Positions 40,186 to 50,173 of a stretch of DNA of 64,000 nt are shown piece by piece. A program made the position numbers and the translations under genes. Below the pieces are notes generated by a model. That model did no database searches. It was not told where the DNA came from and saw nothing but the letters and a program-made list of their open reading frames with translations. Origin of the DNA: Dokdonella sp. (lineage in GTDB: Bacteria > Pseudomonadota > Gammaproteobacteria > Xanthomonadales > Rhodanobacteraceae); assembly GCF_051958935.1 (NCBI RefSeq), contig NZ_JBQCFP010000197.1, forward strand, positions 6,855 to 70,854, read 5' to 3'. The first letter of the stretch is position 1, and each line of letters begins with the position of its first letter.

Positions 40186-40444
40186 GGCGGCCGGTACAAC
40201 GGCGCATCTCCCACCCTGTGGGCGACCGCCGCACCGCGATACAATGGAGCGCGACGGTCGCGCACAGGGTGCGCTCCTACGCGGCGTATCGTGTGCCGCG
40301 CTTTTCGGCAGCGGCGCAAGCGGCGATGCTCTTGACCTCGCCTGCGCTGCGCACGGGCACGTGTCGCCGATCGGCCGCGCCACCCTTGTGAACGCATGGC
40401 CGCCGACACGGCACGCGGTTCCGCTGCTTCTACGAGGAAAGCAC

Positions 40445-41188
40445 ATGTCCTTCAAGGACCACTTCTCCGGCCACGCCGGCGCTTACCACGAGGCGCGGCC
40501 GACGTATCCCGAAGCGCTGTTCGACTGGCTCGCCGCGCAGGCGCCGTCGCGCGATCTGGTTTGGGACGCGGGGTGCGGCAACGGCCAGGCGAGCGTCGCG
40601 CTCGCACGCCGCTTCGTTCGCGTGCATGCGACCGACCCGAGCGCGGCGCAGATCGCCAACGCGGAAGCGCGGCCGAACATCGACTATCGCGTCGAGCCCG
40701 CCGAAGCGTGTTCGCTCGCCGACGCCAGCGCGAGTGTCGCCACCGTCGCGCAGGCATTGCACTGGTTCGACCATGCGCGCTACTACGCCGAGGTGCGGCG
40801 CGTGCTCGCGCCGGGCGGGCTGGTGGCGGCATGGAGCTACGCCGACTGCACCGTGTCGCCCGCCGTCGACGCGGCGAAGGACCGGCTCTACGTCGATCTC
40901 ACCGGCCCGTACTGGCCACCGGAGCGGCGCTACATCGACGAGGGTTACCGCACCGTGCCGTTCCCGTTCGAGGAGATCGCGGTGCCGGATTTCGACATGC
41001 ATGTCGAGTGGACGCTCGCGCAGTTCCTCGCCTACCTGCGTTCATGGTCGGCGACGCAGCGTTACCTCGCCGCGAACGGCGAGGACCCGGTCGCGCTGGT
41101 CGAGGACGAGATCGCGCGCGGCTGGGGCGATGCGGGCCAGGCGCGGCGCGTGCGCTGGGATTTCCACCTGCGTGCCGGGCGCGTCTGA
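40445..41188 (+). CDS. Class I SAM-dependent methyltransferase
   Basis: It starts at the internal Met of track ORF 40139..41188 (MSFKDHFSGHAGAYHEARPTYP...). Motif I is VWDAGCGNGQAS. Confidence 0.85.
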   Translation: MSFKDHFSGHAGAYHEARPTYPEALFDWLAAQAPSRDLVWDAGCGNGQASVALARRFVRVHATDPSAAQIANAEARPNIDYRVEPAEACSLADASASVATVAQALHWFDHARYYAEVRRVLAPGGLVAAWSYADCTVSPAVDAAKDRLYVDLTGPYWPPERRYIDEGYRTVPFPFEEIAVPDFDMHVEWTLAQFLAYLRSWSATQRYLAANGEDPVALVEDEIARGWGDAGQARRVRWDFHLRAGRV

Positions 41189-41298
41189 CGCCTCCGATCG
41201 GCTCCATCGAGCGCGCGCGAAGTGGAGCGTGGCAGCGGCCCGCACGTGACTAGACTCGTCGGCGATGCGGGTCGCGCATCGCCACGACGAGGTATCCC

Positions 41299-41907
41299 AT
41301 GCGTCGCCATCGGTTCCTTCGCAGTGCATCGGTCGCGACCGTCGCATGCCCCGCGAGCTTCGCCGCATGCGCATCGACATTGCCCGATCCGCCCGGCTAC
41401 ACGACCCTGCGCACCGGCGGCGCGCACGACTTCGAGTACTTCGCGGGTGGCTGGCGCACGACGCAGCACCGGCTCAAGGCGCGCGGCGTCGGCAGCAGCG
41501 AATGGGACACGTTCCCGGCCACCTTGTGCATGACGCCGTATCTCGACGGACGCGTCACCGCGGACGAGATCCGCTTCCCGACCAAGGGCTGGGCCGGCTT
41601 CACCTTGCGCAGCTACGACCTCGCGAAGAAGCAGTGGTCGATCTGGTGGATCAACAGCACCAGCGGCCGCCTCGAAACACCGGTCGTCGGCGGCTTCGAC
41701 GGCGCGCGCGGCGAGTTCTACGGCGAGGACGCCGACGACCGCCGGCCGGTCAAGGTGCGCTATCGCTGGGACAAGGTCGACCAGGACCACGCGCGCTGGG
41801 AGCAGGCGTTCTCCTACGACGGTCGCGTCTGGGAAACGAACTGGACCGCGGACTTCGTGCGCGCCGACGTCGCGAGTGCGTGTCGTGGCGGCCGGCCGCG
41901 CGACTGA
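41299..41907 (+). CDS. Hypothetical lipoprotein (DUF1579-like?)
   Basis: Full track ORF. The lipobox-like sequence is PASFAACAS. The Trp-rich domain has a plausible composition (WSIWWINSTSGRLETP...WEQAFSYDGRVWETNW). Confidence 0.6.
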   Translation: MRRHRFLRSASVATVACPASFAACASTLPDPPGYTTLRTGGAHDFEYFAGGWRTTQHRLKARGVGSSEWDTFPATLCMTPYLDGRVTADEIRFPTKGWAGFTLRSYDLAKKQWSIWWINSTSGRLETPVVGGFDGARGEFYGEDADDRRPVKVRYRWDKVDQDHARWEQAFSYDGRVWETNWTADFVRADVASACRGGRPRD

Positions 41908-41934
41908 CGCAACCGCCCTCGGATCGTCGGGCGG

Positions 41935-42636
41935 CTACAGCCGCATCCAGTCGATGCCGAGCGCGCGCAGGCCGGCGTCGCCGCGCGCACCGAGCGCGAG
42001 CGCGCGCGAATCACGCCGCTGCCGCAACCAGCCGCGTTCGAAGAGTTGCTGAGCGAGCCGGTTGCCGAGTGGTCCCGCGAGATGGAACCGCCGTTCGGTC
42101 CAGTCGACGCAGCTCTGCCCGGCGAGCGCGAGCCCGTCGTCACCCGGTTCGAACAACCCCGCCTCGCGCAGCCATTGCGCACCGCGCGGGGTAAGCCGGA
42201 TCGCGTCGTCGCCGAGTTCGAGCGCATCGCGCTCGCGCAGCCGTTCGAACAGCGCGACGCCGAGCCGGCCGGCGAGGTGGCGATAGCACGTGCGTGCACG
42301 GCGCAGCGGTGTTTCGGCGGGCGCCGACGTTGCCGGGACCGGTGCGCGCGCGCCGGCGAGCACGAGCGTTTCGACGAGGTGCGCGACATCCTCGCCGGCG
42401 AGGCGGAAGTATCGGTGACGCCCCTGCGCATGCACCGCGAGCAGGCCACCCGTGACGAGCCGTTGCAGGTGCGCGCTCGCGGTCGCCGGCGCGACGCCGG
42501 CGAGTGCCGCGAGCTCGCCCGCCGGGCGCGCGCTGCCGTCGATGAGCGCGAGCAGGATGCCGGCACGCGCGGGCTCGGCGAGCAGCGCGCCGATCTCGGC
42601 GAGGCGATGGCGGCTGGTCGGTGCGGCAGCGCTCAT
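41935..42636 (-). CDS. ArsR/SmtB family winged-helix transcriptional regulator with a C-terminal extension
   Basis: Full track ORF. The HTH region is LAEPARAGILLALIDGSARPAGELAALAGVAPATASAHLQRLVTGGLL. It is divergent from the EamA transporter gene. Confidence 0.85.
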   Translation of the reverse strand: MSAAAPTSRHRLAEIGALLAEPARAGILLALIDGSARPAGELAALAGVAPATASAHLQRLVTGGLLAVHAQGRHRYFRLAGEDVAHLVETLVLAGARAPVPATSAPAETPLRRARTCYRHLAGRLGVALFERLRERDALELGDDAIRLTPRGAQWLREAGLFEPGDDGLALAGQSCVDWTERRFHLAGPLGNRLAQQLFERGWLRQRRDSRALALGARGDAGLRALGIDWMRL

Positions 42637-42827
42637 GCGAGGCAGCGTAGCCGATCGGCGCGCGCGTCGTTTAGGCCGTCGCCGAAGCGTCGCGCGCGGC
42701 GCGCGGGCATGCTGCGACCGGTCCCATGCGATCCGCGCGAACTGGTCCGCTGCGGGGGCTGGAATTGACCGAAACTGGCCACATGCCAGGACACCCCGCC
42801 GCCCTGCGATCGCCGGAGTACCGTGCC

Positions 42828-43724
42828 ATGAACGACACGCTTGCCGCGGCCGCCGCGCCGCGCACCGACTGGTTCACCCCGCTCGAGCTCGTCGCGCTCG
42901 GCGCGATCTGGGGTGGCTCGTTCCTGTTCATGCGCGTCGCGGCGCCTGAGTTCGGCCCGTTCGCGCTGGTCGAGGTGCGCATCGTGCTCGGCGCACTGAT
43001 CCTGCTGCCGTTCCTCTGGCGCGCGCGGGCGTTGCTCGATGCGAAGCGCATCGCGCAGTTCGCGATCGTCGGCGCACTCAATTCCGCGGTTCCGTTTTCG
43101 CTGTTCGCCTGGGGCGCCGAACGCGCGCCCGCCGGGGTCGGTGCGATCGCCAACAGCCTCACCGTGCTCTTCACCGCACTCGTCGCGCTGCTCGTCTACG
43201 GTGAACGCGTGAGCCTGCGCCGCGCGCTCGCGATGATCGTCGGCTTCGTCGGCGTGGTCGTGCTCATGAGCGGCAAGGTCGCGGGCTCGGACGTGTTTTC
43301 GGCCGCACTCGCCGGCACTGCGGCCTCCGCATGCTACGGCTTCGCGGCGAACTTCACCAAGCGCTGGTTCGCCGGCGTGCCGCCGCTCGCGGCGGTCGCC
43401 GGTACGCTCGGTTGCGCGGCGATCCTGCTCCTGCCGTTCGCGCTCGCGAGCTGGCCCGCGCACTCGCCGTCGAACGCATCGTGGGGCAGCGCGATCATGC
43501 TCGGCGTGCTCTGCACCGGGATCGCCTACGCGTTCTTCTTCCGCCTGATCCAGCGCGTCGGCGCCGCGCGCGCGACCACGTGCACGTATCTCGTGCCGCT
43601 GTTCGGCGTGTTCTGGGGCTGGCTGCTGCTTGCCGAAACGCCGACCGCGACGATGCTGATCGCGGGCACGATGATCCTCGGCAGCGTGATCGCGAGCCAG
43701 CGCGAGGCGCAAGGGCGGCGCTGA
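42828..43724 (+). CDS. DMT superfamily (EamA) transporter
   Basis: It starts at internal Met 35 of track ORF 42726..43724. It has ten predicted TM segments and a duplicated EamA pattern. Confidence 0.8.
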   Translation: MNDTLAAAAAPRTDWFTPLELVALGAIWGGSFLFMRVAAPEFGPFALVEVRIVLGALILLPFLWRARALLDAKRIAQFAIVGALNSAVPFSLFAWGAERAPAGVGAIANSLTVLFTALVALLVYGERVSLRRALAMIVGFVGVVVLMSGKVAGSDVFSAALAGTAASACYGFAANFTKRWFAGVPPLAAVAGTLGCAAILLLPFALASWPAHSPSNASWGSAIMLGVLCTGIAYAFFFRLIQRVGAARATTCTYLVPLFGVFWGWLLLAETPTATMLIAGTMILGSVIASQREAQGRR

Positions 43725-44032
43725 GGCGCCGCTTGAGTGCGTCGTTCTTCTTCTTGAAGAGCAGGGCGCGGTCTCATTCGCGAAGACCGAGCCGCGTCCC
43801 TGCGTGTTCGTCCCGCATCCCTGCGGGCCGGGCGCGAAGGATCGCAACCGCAAGCTGATGATGGGACTCGCCGCCGCGCGGCTGCGTCCCACCCTCTTCG
43901 ACCAAGCCCTTCCGTCGAACCCGGTGGGACTCACGGTCGCGCCTCGCCGCATCCTGCGCGCTTGCGCGCCGCTGCGCCCCATCCTACGAGAACGACGAGG
44001 CGCGCGGGTGACAAAACGAACCGACCCGATAC

Positions 44033-46567
44033 TCACGTCCCGCGCGGCTTCGCGCGATGCGTCGGCACCGCGGTCCAAGGATCGTCCGGCCATGGATGCT
44101 TCGGATAACGGCCCTTGAGCTCCTTCTTCACCTCCGGATACGTGCGCTCCCAGAAGCTGCGCAGGTCCTGCGTGACCTGCACCGGTTTGCCGCCCGGCGA
44201 GAGCAGGTGCAGGGTCAACGGCACGCGGCCGCCGCCGATGCGCGGCGTGTCGGCGAGGCCGAACAGTTCCTGCAGCTTCACCGCGAGCACCGGTGCCGCG
44301 CCGTCGGCGTAAGCGATGCGGCGTTCCATCCCGCTCGGCACGCGCAGTGCGACCGGCGCCTGTTCGTCGAGCGCGCGACGCTGCGTGAAATCGATGCGCG
44401 CGGCGAGCGCTTCGGAAAGTTCCGCCGCCTGCAGCGCGTCGAGCCGGCGCTTGCCGGCGAGATACGGCGCGAGCCATTCCTCGAGCGAGGCGAGCAGGGC
44501 CGCGTCGGAGAAATCCGGCAGGCCGAGTTCGGGACACCAGCCGCGCAGTGCGTTCACGCGCAGGCGCAGCTCGCGCGCGTGTTCGCTCCAGGGCAGCGCG
44601 TCGAGACCGAGTTCGCGCACCGCGGCGAGCAATGCAGGCACGGCGTCCTCGGGTCGCGCGGGCACGCTGCGGCGCTCGAGCACGATCGCGTCGAAGTGGC
44701 GCTGCTCGAACGCGTCGACCGCGCGCGTGTCGCGGTTCCATCGCACGCTGCGTTCGCGCACGAGGCGATCGGCGAAATCACGCTCGAGCAGTGCCGGATC
44801 GAACGGCGCGGCGGCGTAGACGAGGCTGTCGCGGTCCTCCTGCCGCAGGTCGACGACGACGAGCCAAGGTTCGCCGTACAACGCGCTGTCGTCGGCGAGG
44901 CGCGCGCCGCGGCCGTTGGCGAGCGTGTAGCGGCGCGGATTGGCGGGGTCCTGTTTGGCGATGCGATCGGGGAATGCGTGCACGAGCACGTCGCCGACGG
45001 CGGTCGTGGATGCGACGGCATCGCGGTTGAGGTCGATGCCACGATCGCGTGGATCGCCGCTGCGACGACGCCAGGCGTCGGCGGCTTGAGCGACGCTCGC
45101 GAGTGCACCGGCATCGGCCCCGCCGGCGCGCGCGGCATCGCGATCGCGCCCGCGCCACGCCTGCAGTGCGGCGACACGCGCGCGGAAATCGTCGTTGCGC
45201 GCGGCGTCACCGCGCAGCGGATTGCGCGCTTCGACCAGCGCGACGACGTCGCAGGCGAGCGCGGCGTGGGTCGGGTCCGCGCGCAACACCGCGGCGGCGA
45301 GGCGCGGCGTCGCACCGAAATCGAGCATGCGCCGGCCGAGCGGCGCGAGGCGGCCTTCGGCATCGAGCGCGCCGAGCCGGCGCAGCAGATCTCGCGCCTG
45401 CGCGAGCGCGCCTGCGGGCGGTGCATCCAGCCAGTGCAACGCGTCGCTGCCCCAGGCGGCGAGTTCGAGCGCGAGCTGCGACAGCTCGACCTGCGCGATC
45501 TCGGGCGTGCGCTCGGCCTCGAGCCGGCGGCTCTGCGGCCACAGCCGGTATGCATGCCCCGGGCCGAGGCGCCCGGCGCGACCGGCGCGCTGGTCTGCCG
45601 ATGCCTGCGAGACCGCTGCGGTGTCCAGCCGGGTGAAACCGCTGTTCGGGTCGAACCGTGGCTCGCGCGCGAGGCCGAGATCGACCACCGCGCGCACGCC
45701 GGGCAGGGTCAGGCTCGATTCCGCGACATTCGTCGCGAGCACGACGCGGCGGCGCCCCGTGGCCGCGCCGGCGAGCGCGGCGTGCTGCTCGGCGAGCGCG
45801 AGGTCGCCGTGCAGCGGCACCCGCTCGACGTCGCCCGGGAGATCGGCAAGGCTCGCGCGCACGCGCTCGATCTCGCGCTTGCCCGGCAGGAACACGAGCA
45901 CGTCACCGTCGCTGTCGGCGAGTGCCGATTCGATCGCCCGGCGCACACCGAACGGCCAGCCGCGTTCGGGCCATGCCTCGCCGCTGCGCGCGGGTGGATG
46001 CACGATGCGCACCGGATGACTACGCCCTTCGCTCGCGAGGCGTGGCGCATCGAACCAGCGCGCGACGCGCTCGCCGTCGAGCGTCGCCGACATGATCACG
46101 AGGCGCAGGTCCGGGCGCAGGTTCGCCTGCACGTCCAGCGCGAGCGCGGCGCCGAGGTCGCCGTGCAGGTGGCGCTCGTGGAACTCGTCGAACAGGATCG
46201 CGCCGACGCCGGTGAGCTCCGGGTCGTCCTGGATCATGCGAGTGAGGATGCCCTCGGTGACGACCTCGATGCGCGTCGCCGCCGACACGCGGCTTTCGAA
46301 ACGGATGCGATAGCCGACGCGTTCGCCGACGCGCTGTCCGGCCTGTGCGGCCATGAACTCGGCCGCCGCGCGCGCGGCGATGCGGCGCGGCTCGAGCAAC
46401 AGCACCTTGCGGCCACCGAGCCAGTCCGCGTCGAGCAGCGCCGGCGGCACGCGCGTGGTCTTGCCTGCACCGGGCGGTGCCTCGAGCACGAGGCGCGTGC
46501 GTGCCGCGAGCGTCGCGAGCAGCTCGGGCAGGACCGCGTCGATCGGTTGCGGCGAAGCAGGGGGCAT
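44033..46567 (-). CDS. hrpB: ATP-dependent RNA helicase HrpB (DEAH box)
   Basis: It starts at internal Met 157 of track ORF 44033..47035 (MPPASPQPIDAVLPELL...). It has APPGAGKTTRVP, DEFHER, SATL, TNVAESSLT and QRAGRAGR, plus the HrpB C-terminal domain. Confidence 0.93.
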   Translation of the reverse strand: MPPASPQPIDAVLPELLATLAARTRLVLEAPPGAGKTTRVPPALLDADWLGGRKVLLLEPRRIAARAAAEFMAAQAGQRVGERVGYRIRFESRVSAATRIEVVTEGILTRMIQDDPELTGVGAILFDEFHERHLHGDLGAALALDVQANLRPDLRLVIMSATLDGERVARWFDAPRLASEGRSHPVRIVHPPARSGEAWPERGWPFGVRRAIESALADSDGDVLVFLPGKREIERVRASLADLPGDVERVPLHGDLALAEQHAALAGAATGRRRVVLATNVAESSLTLPGVRAVVDLGLAREPRFDPNSGFTRLDTAAVSQASADQRAGRAGRLGPGHAYRLWPQSRRLEAERTPEIAQVELSQLALELAAWGSDALHWLDAPPAGALAQARDLLRRLGALDAEGRLAPLGRRMLDFGATPRLAAAVLRADPTHAALACDVVALVEARNPLRGDAARNDDFRARVAALQAWRGRDRDAARAGGADAGALASVAQAADAWRRRSGDPRDRGIDLNRDAVASTTAVGDVLVHAFPDRIAKQDPANPRRYTLANGRGARLADDSALYGEPWLVVVDLRQEDRDSLVYAAAPFDPALLERDFADRLVRERSVRWNRDTRAVDAFEQRHFDAIVLERRSVPARPEDAVPALLAAVRELGLDALPWSEHARELRLRVNALRGWCPELGLPDFSDAALLASLEEWLAPYLAGKRRLDALQAAELSEALAARIDFTQRRALDEQAPVALRVPSGMERRIAYADGAAPVLAVKLQELFGLADTPRIGGGRVPLTLHLLSPGGKPVQVTQDLRSFWERTYPEVKKELKGRYPKHPWPDDPWTAVPTHRAKPRGT

Positions 46568-46613
46568 GGTGGCCGTGATGCACGCGCTGGGCGCGCATTG
46601 TAGGCGGCAGCGC

Positions 46614-46649
46614 AAAGAAAACGGCGCGGCCGTCTCCGGCCGCGCCGTT
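46614..46649 (-). terminator. Rho-independent terminator of the 46669..47859 gene
   Basis: The minus-strand RNA reads AACGGCGCGGCC-GGAGAC-GGCCGCGCCGTT followed by TTTCTTTG. The stem is 12 bp and perfect. Confidence 0.75.
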
Positions 46650-46668
46650 GCAGGAACCCCGAGTGGGC

Positions 46669-47859
46669 TTACTCGCAGGTCATGCCGTTGGGCGTGAACA
46701 GGCGCTCGTAGGTGGTGACGCCGCTGATCGTCGGGATCGGGTTCGGCAGGTTCGCGTTCGGCGTGAACGTGACGTCGAGGTGGTTGCAGTCGGCGACTTC
46801 GAATTTCGCCTTGCCATACGGCAGCTGTTCGAGGCCGTTGCCGAGATAGTTGACGTTGACGTTGATGCTGGTCTGGCCGACCGCGAAAGGCGCGTTGCCG
46901 ACGAGCCAGAGCGGATCGCCGTTGAGGTCTTCGGTCAGCAGGTCGAATACGAGCTGGCGCACCGTCGAGCCGTTCGACTGCGGCTGTTCGGTCATCTGCA
47001 CGAGCAGGCCTTCGTTGAACTCGGTGTTGATCCACTGCGCGGCTGAGTAGCCGTCGAGCGGCAGCGGCGCGAACGCATCCGGGTAGGTGCCCTGCGCGGG
47101 CAGGTAGGCCGGCACGTTGAATTCGACGATGTCGCCGTTGCTGCCGGTGTACGGATTGATCTGCAGCTTGTACGCGTAGCTGTAGAAGTGCTGGTAGTCG
47201 GCATCGAAGTTGTAGTTCTCGAGCACGAACGTGGTGCTCGAGAACACCGGCGTGTCGAACAGGAAGTCGGACATGTACGTGTTCGGCTCGGTCGCCGAGC
47301 GCACGTAGCTCTCCGGATCGTCGTACGCGGTGTTGCCCTGTTGGATGCGCAGCGACGGGTAGGTCGGGAAGTAGTCGGTATGGCCTTCATTGGCGCTGTC
47401 GCGGTCGATGCGCAGCAACGTCATCGAGTTGTAGCCGCCGTCGGTGTTGTACGGCGTCTCCGAGCCCGAGCTGCTGCAGGCGATGCGCCACAGCGTCATC
47501 GTCACGGTTTCCGGATTGAGCACCTGGCCGGCCGAATTGCGCGTGTACAGCCTGACGCGTGCCGTCTGGGTCGGGCCGCTCGCCTTGTTCGGCAGCGGCC
47601 ATGCGGCGCAGCTCGGCGGATAGGCGCGGAACTCGTTCGCCAGCGGGGTCCCCGGGTAGATGTCGTTGCCCATCGCCTTGGCGCGCTTGGCGGCATTCGC
47701 CTTCGCCTCGTTGGCGGCGGAGTCCAGCGCGGCGCGGATCTGGGTCGCCGCCGCGTCGTGGGCGGCGCGGACGTCGTCCGGCGTCGCAGTGGCTGCGAGC
47801 GCGGGCAGGGTGGCGACGCCTGCGGCCAGGGTGAGCATCAGGCGGAGCGTGCTTTTCAT
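46669..47859 (-). CDS. Secreted protein of unknown function, paralog A
   Basis: It starts at the internal Met of track ORF 46669..48117 (MKSTLRLMLTLAAGVATLPALA is the signal peptide). It resembles the 48830..50011 product along its whole length. The C-terminus is NHLDVTFTPNANLPNPIPTI...RLFTPNGMTCE. Confidence 0.75.
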   Translation of the reverse strand: MKSTLRLMLTLAAGVATLPALAATATPDDVRAAHDAAATQIRAALDSAANEAKANAAKRAKAMGNDIYPGTPLANEFRAYPPSCAAWPLPNKASGPTQTARVRLYTRNSAGQVLNPETVTMTLWRIACSSSGSETPYNTDGGYNSMTLLRIDRDSANEGHTDYFPTYPSLRIQQGNTAYDDPESYVRSATEPNTYMSDFLFDTPVFSSTTFVLENYNFDADYQHFYSYAYKLQINPYTGSNGDIVEFNVPAYLPAQGTYPDAFAPLPLDGYSAAQWINTEFNEGLLVQMTEQPQSNGSTVRQLVFDLLTEDLNGDPLWLVGNAPFAVGQTSINVNVNYLGNGLEQLPYGKAKFEVADCNHLDVTFTPNANLPNPIPTISGVTTYERLFTPNGMTCE

Positions 47860-47992
47860 GGTGGTTCCCCAAGTTGGACCGCGCGAGCTTCCCCGGGCGG
47901 CAATGAATTCGCGGTGAACCGCACCGGATGCGAGCCCGGCGCAGAGTGCGCATAATCGCGCGTTTGCATCGCCGGATGAAGAGCCACCCGAC

Positions 47993-48793
47993 ATGAAGGA
48001 CGCCGCCCTCGCGCTGATCGACATCGGCGCGAACCTCACGCACGAGTCGTTCCGCCCCGATTTCGACGCCGTGCTGGAACGCGCACGCGCGCATGGCGTT
48101 GACCAGGTCGTCGTCACGGGCGCCAGCGCCGGCAGCAGCCGCGCCGCGCACGCGCTCGCGCAGGCGCATCCGGGGTTCCTGCACGCGACCGCGGGCGTGC
48201 ACCCGCACCACGCGCACGAGTACGACGATGCAACGGACGAACTGCTGCGCCAACTCGTCGCAACCCCGGAAGTGAAGGCGGTCGGCGAGACCGGCCTCGA
48301 CTACTACCGCAACTATTCGCCGCACGCGGCTCAGGTCGCTGCGTTCGAGCGCCAGCTCGCGATCGCCCTCGACTGCGGCAAGCCGCTGTTCCTGCACCAG
48401 CGCGACGCGCACGCGGATTTCCTCGCGTGCCTGGATGCCGTGCGCGGCCGCATCGCTCGGGCGGTGGTGCACTGCTTCACCGGCGAGCGCGCCGAACTCG
48501 TCGATTACCTCGACCGCGACTGCTACATCGGCATCACCGGCTGGATCTGCGACGAGCGGCGCGGCCAGCACCTGCGTGAACTCGTGCGCCTGGTGCCGGC
48601 CGACCGCCTCATGATCGAGACCGACGCGCCCTACCTGCTGCCGCGCGACCTGCATCCCAAGCCGTCGCACCGGCGCAACGAGCCGATGTACCTCGCGCAC
48701 GTGTGCGCCGCGGTCGCGGCCGCGCGCGGCGAGACGATCGAGCAGACCGCGGCGTCGACGCGCGCGAATTCGCGCGCATTCTTCACGCTGTAG
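47993..48793 (+). CDS. tatD: TatD family metal-dependent deoxyribonuclease/exonuclease
   Basis: Full track ORF. It has IDIGANLTHESF, GETGLDYYR, LFLHQRDA, VVHCFTG and IETDAPYLLP. Confidence 0.92.
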   Translation: MKDAALALIDIGANLTHESFRPDFDAVLERARAHGVDQVVVTGASAGSSRAAHALAQAHPGFLHATAGVHPHHAHEYDDATDELLRQLVATPEVKAVGETGLDYYRNYSPHAAQVAAFERQLAIALDCGKPLFLHQRDAHADFLACLDAVRGRIARAVVHCFTGERAELVDYLDRDCYIGITGWICDERRGQHLRELVRLVPADRLMIETDAPYLLPRDLHPKPSHRRNEPMYLAHVCAAVAAARGETIEQTAASTRANSRAFFTL

Positions 48794-48829
48794 GCGACGC
48801 GGCGCGGACGCCGCATCGCCGTCCCACGC

Positions 48830-50011
48830 CTACTCGCAGGTCATGCCATTCGGCGTGAACAGGCGGTCGTAGGCGATCGGGCCCTCGATGGTCGGGATGG
48901 GCGCGGGCAGGTCCGCGTCCGGCGTGAAGGTGACGTCGAGGTGATTGCAGTCGCGTACCTCGAATTTCACCGTGCCGTAAGGCAACGGGGCGAGGCCGTT
49001 GCCGAGGTAGTTCGCGTCGACCTCGAGGCTGGTCTGGCCCACGGCGAAGCTCTTGTTGCCGACGAGCCAGAGCGGGTTGCCGTCCAGGTCCTCGGTGAGC
49101 AGGTCGAACACGTGCTGGCGCGTCGGCGCGCCGGTCGGCTGCGCCTGCTCGGTGACCTGCACGAGCAGGCCTTCATTGCGTTCCGCATTGATCCACTGTG
49201 CCGCGGCATACCCGTCGAGCGGGCGCGGCGAAGCGACCGTCGTGGCCGCCACGTAGGCGGGCACGGCGATGTCGACGGCCTGCACCGATCCCGGCACGTT
49301 CGGATCGACGCGCAGGGTAAAGGCGTCACCGTAGGAGAAGAAGCCCGCATCCGGATCGGCGAAGTTCTCCAGCACGAAGGTCGTGCTGTCGACGATCGCA
49401 TTGTCGTAGTTGGCGCCCTCGCGCACCGTGTTCGGTTCGCTCGCGACGCGCGGGTAGCTCTTCGGATTGCGCAGCGTGACGTTGCCGGCGGTGATCGTGA
49501 AATCGATCGAGCCCTGCTTCACCTGCACGATCGGGAACGTCGGGTAGATGTCGTCGTGCCCTTCGTTGGCCGACGAGCGATCCACGCGCATGAACGTGAT
49601 GGAATTCGGATTGCCTTGCGGGTTGTAGCGCGTGGCGACGCCGCTGTTGCTGCACGGCAGGCGCCACACGGTCACGGTGACGTTCTCGAGGTAGCCGTGG
49701 TTGAGATCGGCGGGCTTGCGCGCCCAGAACGGCATGTTGATCGAATAGACGGGGCCGGAGGGCTTGTCCGGCAGCGGATCGGCGGCGCAGCTCGGCGGAT
49801 ACGCGCGATAGGTGTTCGCGCTCGGCGTGCCCGGCGCGGTGTGGTTGCCTTCGGTCTTGGCGATCGTGCGGTGGCCCACGGCGCGCGGCGCGGCGGCTGC
49901 GCGCGCGGCCACGATGTCGGCGGACAGCGGCTGGTCGATGGTCGCGGCGGACGCCGGGGCCACGGCGAAGCCCGCGAACAGCGCGAGCGGAGCGAGGATC
50001 GTATTGTTCAT
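48830..50011 (-). CDS. Secreted protein of unknown function, paralog B
   Basis: It starts at internal Met 31 of track ORF 48830..50101 (MNNTILAPLALFAGFAVAPASA is the signal peptide). It shares with paralog A the blocks RAYPPSCAA, DRSSANEGH, STTFVLEN, PLDGYAAAQWIN, FDLLTEDLDGNPLWLVGN and NHLDVTFTP...RLFTPNGMTCE. Confidence 0.75.
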   Translation of the reverse strand: MNNTILAPLALFAGFAVAPASAATIDQPLSADIVAARAAAAPRAVGHRTIAKTEGNHTAPGTPSANTYRAYPPSCAADPLPDKPSGPVYSINMPFWARKPADLNHGYLENVTVTVWRLPCSNSGVATRYNPQGNPNSITFMRVDRSSANEGHDDIYPTFPIVQVKQGSIDFTITAGNVTLRNPKSYPRVASEPNTVREGANYDNAIVDSTTFVLENFADPDAGFFSYGDAFTLRVDPNVPGSVQAVDIAVPAYVAATTVASPRPLDGYAAAQWINAERNEGLLVQVTEQAQPTGAPTRQHVFDLLTEDLDGNPLWLVGNKSFAVGQTSLEVDANYLGNGLAPLPYGTVKFEVRDCNHLDVTFTPDADLPAPIPTIEGPIAYDRLFTPNGMTCE

Positions 50012-50173
50012 TCTGTCTCCCAGGGATATGCGGATCGCAGGCGATCGGCGGCGGCGCATCTTCGCACGCCTGCCCGCCCGGGTCGCCGCATCTGCGCGCA
50101 CGTGCAGGGTGCACGCGGCGAAAGGGAGACGGCCCGGCGCGCGCGAGCGTCGCAGCGCGCCGGCCCACGTGCA

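Noticed and set aside
42760-42800. CTGGC-CACAT-GCCAG inverted repeat as the ArsR-family operator between the regulator and the EamA gene.
   Set aside because: The arms are only 5 bp, which is easily produced by chance in GC-rich DNA. It is worth a look only if the regulator is studied.
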